Origin: Antedon mediterranea
Taxonomy: Eukaryota > Animalia > Echinodermata
Direction of reading: 5' to 3'
Assembly (NCBI RefSeq): GCF_964355755.1
Contig: NC_092678.1
Coordinates: forward strand, 10,166,352-10,230,351
Length of the DNA: 64,000 nucleotides
Part shown: positions 8,520 to 18,930 of the stretch, piece by piece
Layout: each line of letters opens with the position of its first letter
Numbering within the stretch: position 1 is the stretch's first letter
The notes under the pieces: generated by a model
Database searches by the model: none
What the model was told of the DNA's origin: nothing
The model's input: the letters and a program-made list of their open reading frames with translations, nothing else
Made by a program: the position numbers and the translations under genes

Positions 8520-11325
8520 AAATGCGATTTGAAGATATTCTGAGCACTTTGGTGTTTTTCTGTTAAAAAGTATTTTCGAAAATCACAAAATGGTCTAAAA
8601 CGTCTCCAAATGCAATTTGAAGCTATTCTGTACACTTTGATGTTTTGTGTGAAAAAGTTTTGTCAAAATGCTCAAAATGGTCTAAAACGTTTTTAAAACG
8701 ATATTAAGCTATTTTGTGCTCTTTGATGTTTTTGTATAACCAAGTTTTTTCGAAATGAACAAAATGGTCTAAAACGTCTCCAAATGCGATTTGAAGCTTT
8801 TCTAAACACTTTGGTGTTTTTATGTTAACAAGTTTTTTCGAAAATCACAAAATGGTCTAAAACGTCTCCAAATCCGATTTGAAGCTATTCTGTACACTTT
8901 GATGTTTTGTGTGAAAAAGTTTTGTCGAAATGCTCAAAATGGTCTAAAACGTTTTTAAAACGATATTAAGCTATTTTGTGCTCTTTGATGTTTTTGTGTA
9001 ACCAAGTTTCATCGATATGAACAAAATGGTCTAAAACGTCTCAAAATGCGATTTGAAGGTATTCTGAGCACTTTGGTGTTTTTGGGTGAAAAGTTTTAAC
9101 GAAATGCTCAAAATGGTCTAAAACGGTTTCTAATGTGATTTTAAGCACTTTGAAGTATTTGTAAAAACAAGTTTCATCGAAATGCACAAAATAGTCTAAA
9201 ACGTCTCCAAATGCGATTTGAAGCTTTTCTAAGCACTTTGGTGTTTTTATGTTAACAAGTTTTTTCGAAAATCACAAAATGGTCTAAAACGTCTCCAAAT
9301 GCGATTTGAAGATATTCTGAGCACTTTGGTGTTTTTATGTTAAAAAGTATTTTCGAAAATCACAAAATGGTCTAAAACGTCTCCAAATGCGATTTGAAGC
9401 TCTTCTGTACACTTTGATGTTTTGTGTGAAAAAGTTTAGTCGAAATGCTCAAAATGGTCTAAAACGTTTTTAAAACGATATTAAGCTATTTTGTGCTCTT
9501 TGATGTTTTTGTGTAACCAAGTTTCATCGAAATGAACAAAATGGTCTAAAACGTCTCCAAATGCGATTTGAAGCTTTTCTAAGCACTTTGGTGTTTTTAT
9601 GTTAACAAGTTTTTTCGAAAATCACAAAATGGTCTAAAACGTCTCCAAATGCGATTTGAAGATATTCTGAGCACTTTGCTGTTTTTATGTTAACAAGTTT
9701 TTTCGAAAATCACAAAATGGTCTAAAACGTCTCAAAATGCTATTTGAAGGTATTCTGAGCACTTTGGTGTTTTTGTGTGAAAAGTTTTAACGAAATGCTC
9801 AAAATGGTCTAAAACGGTTCTAATGTGATTTTAAACACTTTGATGTTTTGTGTGAAAAAGTTTTGTCAAAATGCTGAAAATGGTCTAAAACGTTTTTAAA
9901 ACGATATTAAGCTATTTTGTGCTCTTTGATGTTTTTGTATAACCAAGTTTTTTCGAAAATCACAAAATGGTCTAAAACGTCTCCAAATGCGATTTGAAGA
10001 TATTCTGAGCACTTTGGTGTTTTTATGTTAAAAAGTTTTTTCGAAAATCACAAAATGGTCTAAAACGTCTCCAAATGCGATTTGAAGATATTCTGAGCAC
10101 TTTGGTGTTTTTATGTTAAAAAGTTTTTTCGAAAATCACAAAATGGTCTAAAACGTCTCCAAATGCGATTTGAAGCTATTCTATACACTTTGATGTTTTG
10201 TGTTAAAAAGTTTTGTCGAAATGCTCAAAATGGTTTAAAACGTTTTTAAAACGATATTAAGCTATTTTGTGCTCTTTGATGTTTTTGTGTAACCAAGTTT
10301 CATCGAAATGAACAAAATGGTCTAAAACGTCTCCAAATGCGATTTGAAGCTTTTCCAAGCACTTTGCTGTTTTTATGTTAACAAGTTTTTTCGAAAATCA
10401 CAAAATTGTCTAAAACGTCTCAAAATGCGATTTGAAGGTATTCTGAGCACTTTGGTGTTTTTGTGTGAAAAGTTTTAACGAAAAGCTCAAAATGGTCTAA
10501 AACGGTTCTAATGTGATTTTAAGCACTTTGATGTTTTTGTACAACCAAGTTTCATCGAAATGCTCAAAATGGTCTAAAACGTTTTTAAAACGATATTAAG
10601 CTATTTTGTGCTCTTTGATGTTTTTGTGTAACCAAGTTTTTTCGAAAATCACAAAATGGTCTAAAACGTCTCCAAATGCGATTTGAAGCTTTTCTAAGCA
10701 CTTTGGTGTTTTTATGTTAACAAGTTTTTTCGAAAATCACAAAATGGTCTAAAACGTCTCAAAATGCGATTTGAAGGTATTCTGAGCACTTTGGTGTTTT
10801 TGTGTGAAAAGTTTTAACGAAATGCTCAAAATGGTCTAAAACGGTTTCTAATGTGATTTTAACCACTTTGATGTTTTTGTGTAACCAAGTTCTTTTCGAA
10901 AATCACAAAATGGTCTAAAACGTCTCCAAATGCGATTTGAAGCTTTTCTAAGCACTTTGGTGTTTTTATGTTAACAAGTTTTTTCGAAAATCACAAAATG
11001 GTCTAAAACGTCTCAAAATGCGATTTGAAGGTATTCTGAGCACTTTGGTGTTTTTGTGTGAAAAGTTTTAACGAAATGCTCAAAATGGTCTAAAACGGTT
11101 TCTAATGTGATTTTAACCACTTTGATGTTTTTGTGTAACCAAGTTTTTTCGAAAATCACAAAATGGTCTAAAACGTCTCCAAATGCGATTTGAAGCTTTT
11201 CTAAGCACTTTGGTGTTTTTATGTTAACAAGTTTTTTCGAAAATCACAAAATGGTCTAAAACGTCTCCAAATGCGATTTGAAGCTATTCTGTACACTTTG
11301 ATGTTTTGTGTGAAAAGTTTTAACG
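8520..11325 (+). repeat. ~2.8-kb block duplicated at ~56331-59135 (offset 47811)
   Basis: Shared TTTTTTCGAAATGAAC (C of CG at 8751 / 56562), TTAAACACTT (9831 / 57642) and AATGCTGAAA. Confidence 0.88.
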
Positions 11326-13070
11326 AAATGCTCAAAATTGTCTAAAACGGTTTCTAATGTGATTTTAAGCACTTTGATGTTTTTGTAAAACCAAGTTTCA
11401 TCGAAATGCACAAAATGGTCTAAAACGTCTCCAAATGCGATTTGAAGCTTTTCCAAGCACTTTGGTGTTTTTATGTTAACAAGGTTTTTCGAAAATCACA
11501 AAATGGTCTAAAACGTCTCCAAATGCGATTTGAAGCTTTTCCAAGCACTTTGCTGTTTTTATGTTAACAAGTTTTTTCGAAAATCACAAAATGGTCTAAA
11601 ACGTCTCAAAATACGATATTAAGCTGTTTTGTGCACTTTGATGATTTGTGTGAAAAGTTTTAACGAAATGCTCAAAATGGTCTAAAACGGTTTCTAATGT
11701 GATTTTAAGCACTTTGATGTTTTTATGTAGCCAAGTTTTTTCGAAAATCACAAAATGGTCAAAAACGTCTCCAAATGCGATTTGAAGCTTTTCTAAGCAC
11801 TTTGGTTTTTTTATGTTAACAAGTTTTTTCGAAAATCACAAAATGGTCTAAAACGTCTTCAAATGCGATTTGAAGATATTCTGAGCACTTTGGTGTTTTT
11901 CTGTTAAAAAGTATTTTCGAAAATCACAAAATGGCCTAAAACGTCTCCAAATGCGATTTGAAGCTATTCTGTACACTTTGATGTTTTGTGTGAAAAAGTT
12001 TTGTCAAAATGCTCAAAATGGTCTAAAACGTTTTTAAAACGATATTAAGCTATTTTGTGCTCTTTGATGTGTTTGTATAACCAAGTTTTTTCGAAAATCA
12101 CAAAATGGTCTAAAACGTCTCCAAATGCGATTTGAAGCTTTTCCAAGCACTTTGCTGTTTTTATGTTAACAATTTTTTTCGAAAATCATAAAATGGTCTA
12201 AAACGTCTCCAAATGCGATTTGAAGCTATTCTGTACACTTTGATGTTTTGTGTGAAAAGTTTTGTCGAAATGCTCAAAATGGTCTAAAACGTTTTTAAAA
12301 CGATATTAAGCTATTTTGTGCTCTTTGATGTTTTTGTGTAACCAAGTTTCATCGAAATGAGCAAAATGGTCTAAAACGTCTCCAAATGCGATTTGAAGCT
12401 TTTCTAAGCACTTTGGTGTTTTTATGTTAACAAGTTTTTTCGAAAATCACAAAATGGTCTAAAACGTCTCCAAATGCGATTTGAAGATATTCTTAGCACT
12501 TTGCTGTTTTTATGTTAACAAGTTTTTTCGAAAATCACAAAATGGTCTAAAACGTCTCAAAATGCTATTTGAAGGTATTCTGAGCACTTTGGTGTTTTTG
12601 TGTGAAAAGTTTTAACGAAATGCTCAAAATGGTCTAAAACGGTTCTAATGTGATTTTAAGCACTTTGATGTTTTTGTATAACCAAGTTTCATCGAAATGC
12701 TCAAAATGGTCTAAAACGTTTTTAAAACGATATTAAGCTATTTTGTGCTCTTTGATGTTTTTGTGTAACGAAGTTTCATCGAAATGAACAAAATGGTCTA
12801 AAACGTCTCCAAATGCGATTTGAAGCTTTTCCAAGCACTTTGCTGTTTTTATGTTAACAAGTTTTTTCGAAAATCACAAAATGGCCTAAAACGTCTCAAA
12901 ATGCGATTTCAAGGTATTCTGAGCACTTTGGTGTTTTTGTGTGAAAGGTTTTAACGAAATGCTCAAAATGGTCTAAAACGGTTTCTAATGTGATTTAAAG
13001 CACTTTGATGTTTTTGTATAACCAAGTTTCATCGAAATGCACAAAATGGTCTAAAACGTCTCCAAATGCG

Positions 13071-13761
13071 ATTTGAAGCTTTTCTAAGCACTTTGCTGTT
13101 TTTATGTTAACAAGTTTTTTCGAAAATCACAAAATGGTCTAAAACGTCTCCAAATGCGATTTGAAGATATTCTGAGCACTTTGGTGTTTTTATGTTAAAA
13201 AGTTTTTTCGAAAATCACAAAATGGTCTAAAACGTCTCCAAATGCGATTTGAAGATATTCTGAGCACTTTGGTGTTTTTATGTTAACAAGTTTTTTCGAA
13301 AATCACAAAATGGTCTAAAACGTCTCCAAATGCGATTTGAAGCTATTCTGTACACTTTGATGTTTTGTGTGAAAAAGTTTTGTCGAAATGCTCAAAATGG
13401 TCTAAAACGTTTTTAAAACGATATTAAGCTATTTTGTGCTCTTTGATGTTTTTCTGTAACCAAGTTTTATCGAAATGAACAAAATGGTCTAAAACGTCTC
13501 CAAATGCGATTTGAAGCTTTTCCAAGCACTTTGCTGTTTTTATGTTAACAAGTTTTTTCGAAAATCACAAAATGGTCTAAAACGTCTCAAAATGCGATTT
13601 GAAGGTATTCTGAGCACTTTGGTGTTTTTGTGTGAAAAGTTTTAACGAAATGCTCAAAATTGTCTAAAACGGTTTCTAATGTGATTTTAAGCACTTTGAT
13701 GTTTTTGTAAAACCAAGTTTCATCGAAATGAACAAAATGGTCTAAAATGTCTCCAAATGCG
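13071..13761 (+). repeat. 691-bp 8-monomer higher-order unit E-D-D-B-C-E-F-G
   Basis: E at 13071 and E at 13762 start the same monomer order (88x3+86+88+88+87+78 = 691). About two tandem turns span ~12906-14370, repeated at +33800 and +49015. Confidence 0.85.
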
Positions 13762-14029
13762 ATTTGAAGCTTTTCCAAGCACTTTGCTGTTTTTATGTTA
13801 ACAAGCTTTTTCGAAAATCACAAAATGGTCTAAAACGTCTCCAAATGCGATTTGAAGATATTCTGAGCACTTTGGTGTTTTTATGTTAAAAAGTTTTTTC
13901 GAAAATCACAAAATGGTCTAAAACGTCTCCAAATGCGATTTGAAGATATTCTGAGCACTTTGGTGTTTTTATGTTAAAAAGTTTTTTCGAAAATCACAAA
14001 ATGGTCTAAAACGTCTCCAAATGCGATTT

Positions 14030-17000
14030 GAAGCTATTCTGTACACTTTGATGTTTTGTGTGAAAAAGTTTTGTCGAAATGCTCAAAATGGTTTAAAACG
14101 TTTTTAAAACGATATTAAGTTATTTTGTGCTCTTTGATGTTTTTGTGTAACCAAGTTTCATCGAAATGAACAAAATGGTCTAAAACGTCTCCAAATGCGA
14201 TTTGAAGCTTTTCCAAGCACTTTGCTGTTTTTATGTTAACAAGTTTTTTCGAAAATCACAAAATGGTGTAAAACGTCTCAAAATGCGATTTGAAGGTATT
14301 CTGAGCACTTTGGTGTTTTTGTGTGAAAAGTTTTAACGAAATGCTCAAAATGGTCTAAAACGGTTCTAATGTGATTTTAAGCTATTCTAGACACTTTGAT
14401 GTTTTGTGTGAAAAAGTTTTCTCGAAATGCTCAAAATGGTCTAAAACGTTTTCCAATACCATATTAAGCTATTTTGTGCAATTTGATGTTTTTGTGTAAC
14501 CAAGTTTTTTGAAATGCGATTTGAAGATATTCTGAGGACTCTGGTGTTTTTATGTTAAAAAGTTTTTTCGAAAATCACAAAATGGTCTAAAACGTCTCCA
14601 AATGCGATTTGAAGATATTCTGAGCACTTTGGTGTTTTTATGTTAAAAAGTTTTTTCGAAAATCACAAAATGGTCTAAAACGTCTCCAAATGCGAGTTGA
14701 AGCTATTCTGTACACTTTGATGTTTTGTGTGAAAAAGTTTTGTCGAAATGCTCAAAATGGTCTAAAACGTTTTTAAAACGATATTAAGCTATTTTGTGCT
14801 CTTTGATGTTTTTGTGTAACCAAGTTTTTTCGAAAATCACAAAATGGTCTAAAACGTCTCCAAATGCGATTTGAAGCTTTTCTAAGCACTTTGGTGTTTT
14901 TATGTTAACAAGTTTTTTCGCAAATCACAAAATGGTCTAAAACGTCTCCAAATGCGATTTGAAGATATTCTGAGCACATTGGTGTTTTTATGTTAAAAAA
15001 GTTTTTTCGAAAATCACAAAATGGTCTAAAACGTTTCCAAATGCGATTTGAAGCTCTTCTGTACACTTTGATGTTTTGTGTGAAAAAGTTTTTTCGAAAT
15101 GCTCAAAATGGTCTAAAACGTTTTTAAATACGATATTAAGCTGTTTTGTGCACTTTGATGGTTTGTGTGAAAAGTTTTAACGAAATGCTCAAAATGGTCA
15201 AAAACGGTTTCTAATGTGATTTTAAGCACTTTGATGTTTTTGTGTAACCAAGTTTTTTCGAAAATCACAAATTGGTCTAAAACGTCTCCAAATGCGATTT
15301 GAAGCTTTTCTAAACACTTTGGTGCTTTTATGTTAACAAGTTTTTTCGAAAATCACAAAATGGTCTAAAACGTCTCCAAATGCGATTTGAAGCTTTTCTA
15401 AACACTTTGGTGTTTTTATGTTAACAAGTTTTTTCGAAAATCACAAAATGGTCTAAAACGTCTTCAAATGCGATTTGAAGATATTCTGAGCACTTTGGTG
15501 TTTTTCTGTTAAAAAGTTTTTTCGAAAATCACAAAATGGTCTAAAACGTCTCCAAATGCGATTTGAAGCTCTTCTGTACACTTTGATGTTTTGTGTGAAA
15601 AAGTTTTCTCGAAATGCTCAAAATGGTCTAAAACGTTTTCCAATACCATATTAAGCTATTTTGTGCAATTTGATGTTTTTATGTAACCAAGTTTTTTGAA
15701 ATGCGATTTGAAGATATTCTGAGCACTTTGGTGTTTTTATGTTAAAAAGTTTTTTCGAAAATCACAAAATGGTCTAAAACGTCTCCAAATGCGATTTGAA
15801 GATATTCTGAGCACTTTGGTGTTTTTATGTTAAAAAGTTTTTTCGAAAATCACAAAATGGTCTAAAACGTCTCCAAATGCGATTTGAAGCTATTCTGTAC
15901 ACTTTGATGTTTTGTGTGAAAAAGTTTTGTCGAAATGCTCAAAATGGTCTAAAACGTTTTTAAAACGATATTAAGCTATTTTGTGCTCTTTGATGTTTTT
16001 GTGTAACCAAGTTTTTTCGAAAATCACAAAATGGTCTAAAACGTCTCCAAATGCGATTTGAAGCTTTTCTAAGCACTTTGGTGTTTTTATGTTAACAAGT
16101 TTTTTCGAAAATCACAAAATGGTCTAAAACGTCTCAAAATGCGATTTGAAGGTATTCTGAGCACTTTGGTGTTTTTGTGTGAAAAGTTTTAACGAAATGC
16201 TCAAAATGGTCTAAAACGGTTTCTAATGTGATTTTAAGCACTTTGATGTTTTTGTGTAACCAAGTTTTTTCGAAAATCACAAAATGGTCTAAAACGTCTC
16301 CAAATGCGATTTTAAGCTATTCTGTACACTTTGATGTTTTGTGTGAAAAAAGTTTTGTCGAAATGCTCAAAATGGTCTAAAACGTTTTTAAAACGATATT
16401 GAGCTATTTTGTGCTCTTTGATGTTTTTGTGTAACCAAGTTTTATCGAAATGAACAAAATGGTCTAAAACGTCTCCAAATGCGATTTGAAGCTTTTCCAA
16501 GCACTTTGCTGTTTTTATATTAAGTTTTTTCGAAAATCACAAAATGGTCTAAAACGTCTCTAAATGCGATTTGAAGGTATTCTGAGCAATTTGGTGTTTT
16601 TGTGTGAAAAGTTTTAACGAAATGCTCAAAATTGTCTAAAACGGTTTCTAATGTGATTTTAAGCACTTTGATGTTTTTGTAAAACCAAGTTTCATCGAAA
16701 TGCACAAAATGGTCTAAAACGTCTCCAAATGCGATTTGAAGCTATTCTGTACACTTTGATGTTTTGTGTGAAAAAAGTTTTGTCGAAATGCTCAAAATGG
16801 TCTAAAACGTTTTTAAAACGATATTAAGCTATTTTGTGCTCTTTGATGTTTTTGTGTAACCAAGTTTTATCGAAATGAACAAAATGGTCTAAAACGTCTC
16901 CAAATGCGATTTGAAGCTTTTCCAAGCACTTTGCTGTTTTTATGTTAACAGGTTTTTTCGAAAATCACAAAATGGTCTAAAACGTCTCAAAATGCGATTT

Positions 17001-18460
17001 GAAGGTATTCTGAGCACTTTGGTGTTTTTGTGTGAAAAGTTTTAACGAAATGCTCAAAATTGTCTAAAACGGTTTCTAATGTGATTTTAAGCACTTTGAT
17101 GTTTTTGTAAAACCAAGTTTCATCGAAATGCACAAAATGGTCTAAAATGTCTCCAAATGCGATTTGAAGCTTTTCCAAGCACTTTGCTGTTTTTATGTTA
17201 ACAAGCTTTTTCGAAAATCACAAAAGGGTCTAAAACGTCTCCAAATGTGATTTGAAGATATTCTGAGCACTTTGGTATTTTTATGTTAAAAAGTTTTTTC
17301 GAAAATCACAAAATGGTCTAAAACGTCTCCAAATGCGATTTGAAGATATTCTGAGCACTTTGGTGTTTTTATGTTAAAAAGTTTTTTCGAAAATCACAAA
17401 ATGGTCTAAAACGTCTCCAAATGCGATTTGAAGCTATTCTGTACACTTTGATGTTTTGTGTGAAAAAGTTTTGTCGAAATGCTCAAAATGGTTTAAAACG
17501 TTTTTAAAACGATATTAAGCTATTTTGTGCTCTTTGATGTTTTTGTATAACCAAGTTTCATCGAAATGCACAAAATGGTCTAAAACGTCTCCAAATACGA
17601 TTTGAAGCTTTTCCAAGCACTTTGCTGTTTTTATGTTAACAAGTTTTTTCGAAAATCACAAAATTGTCTAAAACGTCTCAAAATGCGATTTGAAGGTATT
17701 CTGAGCACTTTGGTGTTTTTGTGTGAAAAGTTTTAACGAAAAGCTCAAAATGGTCTAAAACGGTTCTAATGTGATTTTAAGCACTTTGATGTTTTTGTAC
17801 AACCAAGTTTCATCGAAATGCTCAAAATGGTCTAAAACGTTTTTAAAACGATATTAAGCTATTTTGTGCTCTTTGATGTTTTTGTGTAACCAAGTTTTTT
17901 TCGAAAATCACAAAATGGTCTAAAACGTCTCCAAATGCGATTTGAAGCTTTTCTAAGCACTTTGGTGTTTTTATGTTAACAAGTTTTTTCGAAAATCGCA
18001 AAATGGTCTAAAACGTCTCAAAATGCGATTTGAAGGTATTCTGAGCACTTTGGTGTTTTTGTGTGAAAAGTTTTAACGAAATGCTCAAAATGGTCTAAAA
18101 CGGTTTCTAATGTGATTTTAACCACTTTGATGTTTTTGTGTAACCAAGTTCTTTTCGAAAATCACAAAATGGTCTAAAACGTCTCCAAATGCGATTTGAA
18201 GCTTTTCTAAGCACTTTGGTGTTTTTATGTTAACAAGTTTTTTCGAAAATCACAAAATGGTCTAAAACGTCTCAAAATGCGATTTGAAGGTATTCTGAGC
18301 ACTTTGGTGTTTTTGTGTGAAAAGTTTTAACGAAATGCTCAAAATGGTCTAAAACGGTTTCTAATGTGATTTTAACCACTTTGATGTTTTTGTGTAACCA
18401 AGTTTTTTCGAAAATCACAAAATGGTCTAAAACGTCTCCAAATGCGATTTGAAGCTTTTC
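14030..18460 (+). repeat. ~4.4-kb block duplicated at ~30296-34637 (offset 16265/16266, then 16177 after loss of one 89-bp monomer)
   Basis: AGGACT at 14535 / 30801. ORFs 16520/32697 and 16987/33164. The 89-bp CACATTGG monomer (~14957) is absent near 31200. Confidence 0.88.
14461..14518 (+). repeat. Truncated C-like monomer (58 bp), about 10 copies in the window
   Basis: ATATTAAGCTATTTTGTGCAATTTG...CAAGTTTTTTGAAATGCG. Copies start at 14461, 15648, 24234, 30727, 31825, 40560, 48261, 49448, ~52440 and 63476. Confidence 0.9.
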
Positions 18461-18930
18461 TAAGCACTTTGGTGTTTTTATGTTAACAAGTTTTTTCGAA
18501 AATCACAAAATGGTCTAAAACGTCTCCAAATGCGATTTGAAGCTATTCTGTACACTTTGATGTTTTGTGTGAAAAAAGTTTTGTCGAAATGCTCAAAATG
18601 GTCTAAAACGTTTTTAAAACGATATTAAGCTATTTTGTGCTCTTTGATGTTTTTGTGTAACCAAGTTTTATCGAAATGAACAAAATGTTCTAAAACGTCT
18701 CCAAATGCGATTTGAAGCTTTTCCAAGCACTTTGCTGTTTTTATGTTAAGTTTTTTCGAAAATCACAAATTGGTCTAAAACGTCTCTAAATGCGAGTTGA
18801 AGGTATTCTGAGCACTTTGGTGTTTTTGTGTGAAAAGTTTTAACGAAATGCTCAAAATTGTCTAAAACGGTTTCTAATGTGATTTTAAGCACTTTGATGT
18901 TTTTGTAAAACCAAGTTTCATCGAAATGCA
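16440..18930 (+). repeat. ~2.5-kb block duplicated at ~52963-55453 (offset 36523); its first part is also at +24649
   Basis: ORFs 16520/53043/41169, 16987/53510/41636 and 18746/55269. Shared GAGCAATTTGG, TTGGTATTTT and AAATGTTCTAA variants. Confidence 0.82.

Larger units (their letters stand above)
3295..9530 (+). repeat. ~6.2-kb block duplicated at ~33775-40010 (offset 30480)
   Basis: Line-for-line identity, including the 59-bp truncated monomer (5097 / 35577) and ORFs 3969/34449 and 4180/34660. I saw only about six differing sites (e.g. 4542, 6550, 6791, ~7958, ~8756, ~36818). Confidence 0.93.
11146..16063 (+). repeat. ~4.9-kb block duplicated at ~44946-49863 (offset 33800), and in part at +49015 up to the window end
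   Basis: ORFs 11256/45056/60271 and 13587/47387/62602. Rare variants AAGGTTTTTC, AAATCATAAA, GAAATGAGCA, AGGACTCTGG, TCGCAAATC and CACATTGG are shared in order. Confidence 0.93.

Noticed and set aside
14532-14580. Hammerhead ribozyme core (CTGAGGA ... CGAAA), known from some satellites
   Set aside because: CUGANGA is matched only in a rare variant (consensus is CTGAGCA). Stem II cannot close: CUCUGG faces UUUUUC, a C-C apposition instead of the usual G-C pair.
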